A DNA stretch of 64,000 nucleotides from an uncultured Verrucomicrobiae bacterium. Its GTDB lineage: Bacteria; Verrucomicrobiota; Verrucomicrobiia; Chthoniobacterales; JAFAMB01. The stretch lies in contig CAWIPH010000002.1 in assembly GCA_963837955.1 (NCBI GenBank), forward strand, positions 1,888,001 through 1,952,000. The letters are read 5' to 3'. The position numbers were made by a program, and so were the translations under genes. Below the pieces are notes generated by a model that made no database searches, was not told the DNA's origin, and saw only the letters and a program-made list of their open reading frames with translations. Shown in pieces: positions 60,651 to 64,000 of the stretch (position 1 is the first letter of the stretch; each line of letters starts with the position of its first letter).

Positions 60651-61460
60651 ATGCGCAGATTGGCTCCCTATTTGAAGGCATTCGACATAGGGTTCCAGAA
60701 CACCTTCGTCTATCGCTGGAATTTTTTTATCCGCTCTATCTTCGGTATTCTGCCGCTACTGGGGACGGTCTTTATCTGGGGAGCCATCTTTCACGCGAAA
60801 GGGCAGGGGATTAATACCTTCGATTACGGCTCCGTCGTTTTCTATTTTTTGTTGGTCCTGTTTCTGCAAGGTTTGGTGACACCGACCGACGATGAATGGG
60901 AAGTAGCTAATGACATCAGAGAGGGTCAAATCAGCAGTTTTATCGTCAGGCCGATCGATTACCTTCTTTATCGATTCTGTCTCTTCGCCAGTAACCGAAT
61001 TCTTTACGCTGCGATGACGCTACCGGTAGTGGCCCTCCTCTTTTTTTGGTATCGAGAATATTTGGTGTGGCCGACAGATTGGGTCGTTTGGCTGGTCGCG
61101 CTTTGGACCACGTTGATGGCGGGGCTACTCCAGTTTTTTATCTCGATCAGCGTGGCGCTTCTCGCGTTCTGGATGCTGGAAATTTCAACGGTGGTCTTTA
61201 TCATCTACTCGTTCGAATACTTTCTGAGCGGCCAAATGTTTCCCATCGCCTTTATGCCGCCGGCTGTCCGGGATGTTTTGGTCTGGTTGCCGTTTCCTTA
61301 TGAGCTTTCATTTCCGGTCGTCGTTTTTATGCAGCGAGTGCATGGGACCGAGCTCTGGTCCGGAGTCGCAATTCAAGCGTTTTGGGTCGTGATAGCTGGT
61401 CTCGCTGCGAAAACGATGTGGAGGGTCGGATTGAACCACTATGAAGCGGTCGGGGGATGA
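60651..61460 (+). CDS. ABC-2 family transporter permease (DUF990-like)
   Basis: YRWNF, DIREGQIS..RP, LSGQMFPI, YEAVGG. Confidence 0.85.
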   Translation: MRRLAPYLKAFDIGFQNTFVYRWNFFIRSIFGILPLLGTVFIWGAIFHAKGQGINTFDYGSVVFYFLLVLFLQGLVTPTDDEWEVANDIREGQISSFIVRPIDYLLYRFCLFASNRILYAAMTLPVVALLFFWYREYLVWPTDWVVWLVALWTTLMAGLLQFFISISVALLAFWMLEISTVVFIIYSFEYFLSGQMFPIAFMPPAVRDVLVWLPFPYELSFPVVVFMQRVHGTELWSGVAIQAFWVVIAGLAAKTMWRVGLNHYEAVGG

Positions 61461-61659
61461 GGGCAGGATGTTCGATAAGGGTGCGAGGCGGAGCCGACCG
61501 ATTTGTGGAGGGGCGTTGTTTCCGACTTCGCCCGAGGATAATCCATCGCACTGAGGATTCGAATCGGGGGCCGTAGACGCGGTTCTATCAGGGGCTTTCC
61601 CGGGAGCCGCAAGCAGCTCCCCTCCGACCGAGGGGTATCCCGACCATTAAGGAACCCGT

Positions 61660-62838
61660 TCACCGAATGTACGCCGCAGCGTAGCTTACGCTACGGGCTT
61701 GGCGAACTGGTTGCGTTTGCCGATGGACCCAGATGCTTTCGAGTATTCCTAGCGCAAAAAGGATAAGAACGAGAAACGAACCGCCATAGCTGATCATCGG
61801 TAAGGGAACGCCGGTAATCGGTGTGATCGAGATAGTCATCCCGATGTTCATGAAAACGTGAGTGAATATCAGCGTAACGACACCAATGGCTATCAGGCGT
61901 CCAAGCTCGTCCGAAGCGGTAGCGGCGATAAGCAGTCCCGTCAAAAGTAATGCGGCGAAAGCAGCGACCAATGCCAAAGCGCCAACAAAACCGAGTTGTT
62001 CAGAGATTGCCGCGAAAATGAAATCGGTGTGAACAATGGTCTGCGGGAGGAAGCCAAGGTCGACCTGAGTGTTGGGTGCAGCGTAACCTTTGCCGTAGAA
62101 TCCTCCGGAGCCGATAGCGATCAGAGATTGATTGATGGTCCAGGCGGCACCTTGGGTGTCGTAATCAGGATTGATAAATGTGGTCAACCGCTCACGCTGG
62201 TACGTCTTCAGCCCGAAATTTGCCACCACCGGAACCAGAGCGAGACCACAGACAATCATCACGAGTAGGTAGCGTTTTGGAACGCGACCCACGAAGAGGA
62301 GGCCTAGTAGCATCGGAATCCAGACTAAGCATTCGCCGAGGTCCGGCTGGATCAAAATTAGTAGCCAGGGGGGCGCAATAATGGCAGCGCAGCTCGCAAT
62401 GCGCCCGATAGTTGCCCAAAATCCAACCCAGTTCCCAGTGTTGGCCAGCAACCAAGCTAAAAGAAGTAATGTGGATATGACCGCAAGCTGAGCAGGTTGG
62501 AAGCTAATCGGGCCGAATTCGAGCCAGCTCTTTGCACCGAACGTCGTCCGCCCAAAAAAATGGGTAAGAACGAGAAATCCAAGTCCGGCTAGGTATAACA
62601 ACAGCGGAAAAATCACGCTGGAGAGCCAGAAGCGGTAATTGACCAGCGCGGCGGCAAAAAAGACGGCGACTCCGAGCACGAGAAAAATGATCTGCCGGCG
62701 CCACATATCTTTAAGATAGGCTTCTTCGCGCATGTAGGTGGCGCTATAGATGGCGATTACACCGAATATCGATAGACCGACGGCTAAGCAGACCAGGAGC
62801 CAATTCATCCCGAGCAACTTCCTGAGAAATGAATTCAT
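61660..62838 (-). CDS. rodA: SEDS family peptidoglycan polymerase RodA
   Basis: GAKSWL, FQP, QPDLG, QSLIAIGSGG, HTDFIF, ITGVPLPMISYGGS. Confidence 0.9.
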   Translation of the reverse strand: MNSFLRKLLGMNWLLVCLAVGLSIFGVIAIYSATYMREEAYLKDMWRRQIIFLVLGVAVFFAAALVNYRFWLSSVIFPLLLYLAGLGFLVLTHFFGRTTFGAKSWLEFGPISFQPAQLAVISTLLLLAWLLANTGNWVGFWATIGRIASCAAIIAPPWLLILIQPDLGECLVWIPMLLGLLFVGRVPKRYLLVMIVCGLALVPVVANFGLKTYQRERLTTFINPDYDTQGAAWTINQSLIAIGSGGFYGKGYAAPNTQVDLGFLPQTIVHTDFIFAAISEQLGFVGALALVAAFAALLLTGLLIAATASDELGRLIAIGVVTLIFTHVFMNIGMTISITPITGVPLPMISYGGSFLVLILFALGILESIWVHRQTQPVRQARSVSYAAAYIR

Positions 62839-62853
62839 GAACGAGCGAAGAGA

Positions 62854-63627
62854 TTAATCTAGAGTTGGTATGCTGGCCAATAACTTTCTGGTGTAATCAT
62901 GTCGCGGGGAACGGTATATCTCTGCGGCAGAAGCCTTTTCGACGATCTCGCCCCGAAACATGACTGCGACCTCATCGCTTACTTGCTCCACGATCGCTAG
63001 GTCGTGCGCAATGAATAGGTAGGAAAGCCCCAGTTCGTCCTGAAGATCGAGTAGCAGATTGACAATTTGGGCCTGAACGCCGACGTCCAAGGCGCTGACT
63101 GCTTCGTCACAAACGATCAATTCTGGTTCAACTGCCAATGCCCGAGCAATCCCGATCCGTTGCCGTTGACCTCCACTGAACTCGTGAGGGTAGCGCACCA
63201 TTAAATCCGGCTGTAATCTGACTTTCTCAAGCAGATTAGCCACCCGCTCCCGACGCGCCACTCTTCCCATCGTCGGAAAATGGACTTGTAGCGGTTCGCT
63301 GACGCTGCGGAGGATCGACCACCTCGGATTGAGGGATCCAAACGGGTCCTGGAAGATCATTTGGATCTTGCGACGCCACGGTCGAAATCGCGCTTCTGGA
63401 AGATTTGTAATTTCGTGGCCCGAAAAACGGACAGAACCACTCGTACTCGGCACCAGATTCAGAATAGCTTTGCCCAACGTCGTTTTACCGCTGCCGCTTT
63501 CACCTACTAGGCCGAGGGTTTGGCCGCTCTTTACGGTCAGCGAGACATTGGTCACGGCACGGATAACCCGACGACGTCTGCTAGAAAACCAGACAGAGAG
63601 GTTCTGTACTTCCAAAAGATCAGCCAT
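62854..63627 (-). CDS. Oligopeptide-type ABC transporter ATP-binding protein (OppF-like)
   Basis: [35 protein letters not shown]. Confidence 0.93.
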   Translation of the reverse strand: MADLLEVQNLSVWFSSRRRRVIRAVTNVSLTVKSGQTLGLVGESGSGKTTLGKAILNLVPSTSGSVRFSGHEITNLPEARFRPWRRKIQMIFQDPFGSLNPRWSILRSVSEPLQVHFPTMGRVARRERVANLLEKVRLQPDLMVRYPHEFSGGQRQRIGIARALAVEPELIVCDEAVSALDVGVQAQIVNLLLDLQDELGLSYLFIAHDLAIVEQVSDEVAVMFRGEIVEKASAAEIYRSPRHDYTRKLLASIPTLD

Positions 63628-64000
63628 CCTGGTGGAAGAAGGCGGCGAGCGGGCTGGTCGGGGACGCCAACTCCTGACCGATCCCGAGGCCGACCTCGTA
63701 GGCAGTCCGACCAGCCTCAACCGCTTGGCGAAAGGCGACGGCCATGCGAACAGGATCTTCGGCAATAGCAATAGCGGTATTAACCAGGACGGCGTCCGCT
63801 CCGAGCTCTAACGCCTCTGCTGCATGGCTTGGTGCACCCAGACCTGCGTCTACGATGACGGGAACTGTAGCCTGATCCACGATGATCCGTATTTGGTCGC
63901 GTGTGCGTAGCCCCTGGTTGCTGCCGATCGGCGAACCGAGCGGCATTACCGTTGCCGTACCGACCTCCTGTAAGCGTTTAGCCAGAACGGGGTCAGCGTT
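63620..64000 (-). CDS. thiG: Thiazole synthase, C-terminal part (5' end outside the window)
   Basis: [45 protein letters not shown]. Confidence 0.96.
   Translation of the reverse strand, partial: NADPVLAKRLQEVGTATVMPLGSPIGSNQGLRTRDQIRIIVDQATVPVIVDAGLGAPSHAAEALELGADAVLVNTAIAIAEDPVRMAVAFRQAVEAGRTAYEVGLGIGQELASPTSPLAAFFHQDG

Noticed and set aside
60651..63627. Orphan ABC-2 permease and OppF-like ATPase as one novel transporter
   Set aside because: They belong to different ABC classes, lie on opposite strands and are separated by rodA; partners are probably elsewhere in the genome

Overview
Bacterial chromosomal window, probably a soil Verrucomicrobia/PVC-type genome (inferred from gene content and repeat style, not verified). 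From left to right: (1) a two-component signalling cluster (1-5043), then a TetR/SDR pair with a shared operator, a TPR protein and a YheT-like hydrolase; (2) an ~18 kb uncharacterised catabolic island (10458-28626) encoding a HisD/HpsN-like dehydrogenase, an extradiol-dioxygenase-like VOC enzyme, a sugar ABC transporter, Gfo/Idh/MocA, IolE-like, FAH, SDR and Zn-dehydrogenase enzymes, three cupins and a GH13 glucosidase, tied together by six copies of a palindromic GntR-type operator (AAGTGTATACACTT) that contains the -10 box of its promoters; (3) secreted copper-radical oxidase and S53 protease genes; (4) core genes proS, trxA, tatA and purA; (5) a small accessory segment bounded by a decayed second copy of the purA 3' region, which carries an IS110 element whose 5' non-coding end folds into a bridge-RNA-like structure with short matches to its own target and donor junctions; (6) an organosulfur-oxidation trio; (7) core genes uppS, an NtrC-like regulator, mfd, surA-like, rodA and thiG. 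Intergenic regions are rich in REP/REPIN-like palindromes and heptamer repeats. No tRNA, rRNA or CRISPR array was seen. All calls come from motif reading by eye; no database searches were run.
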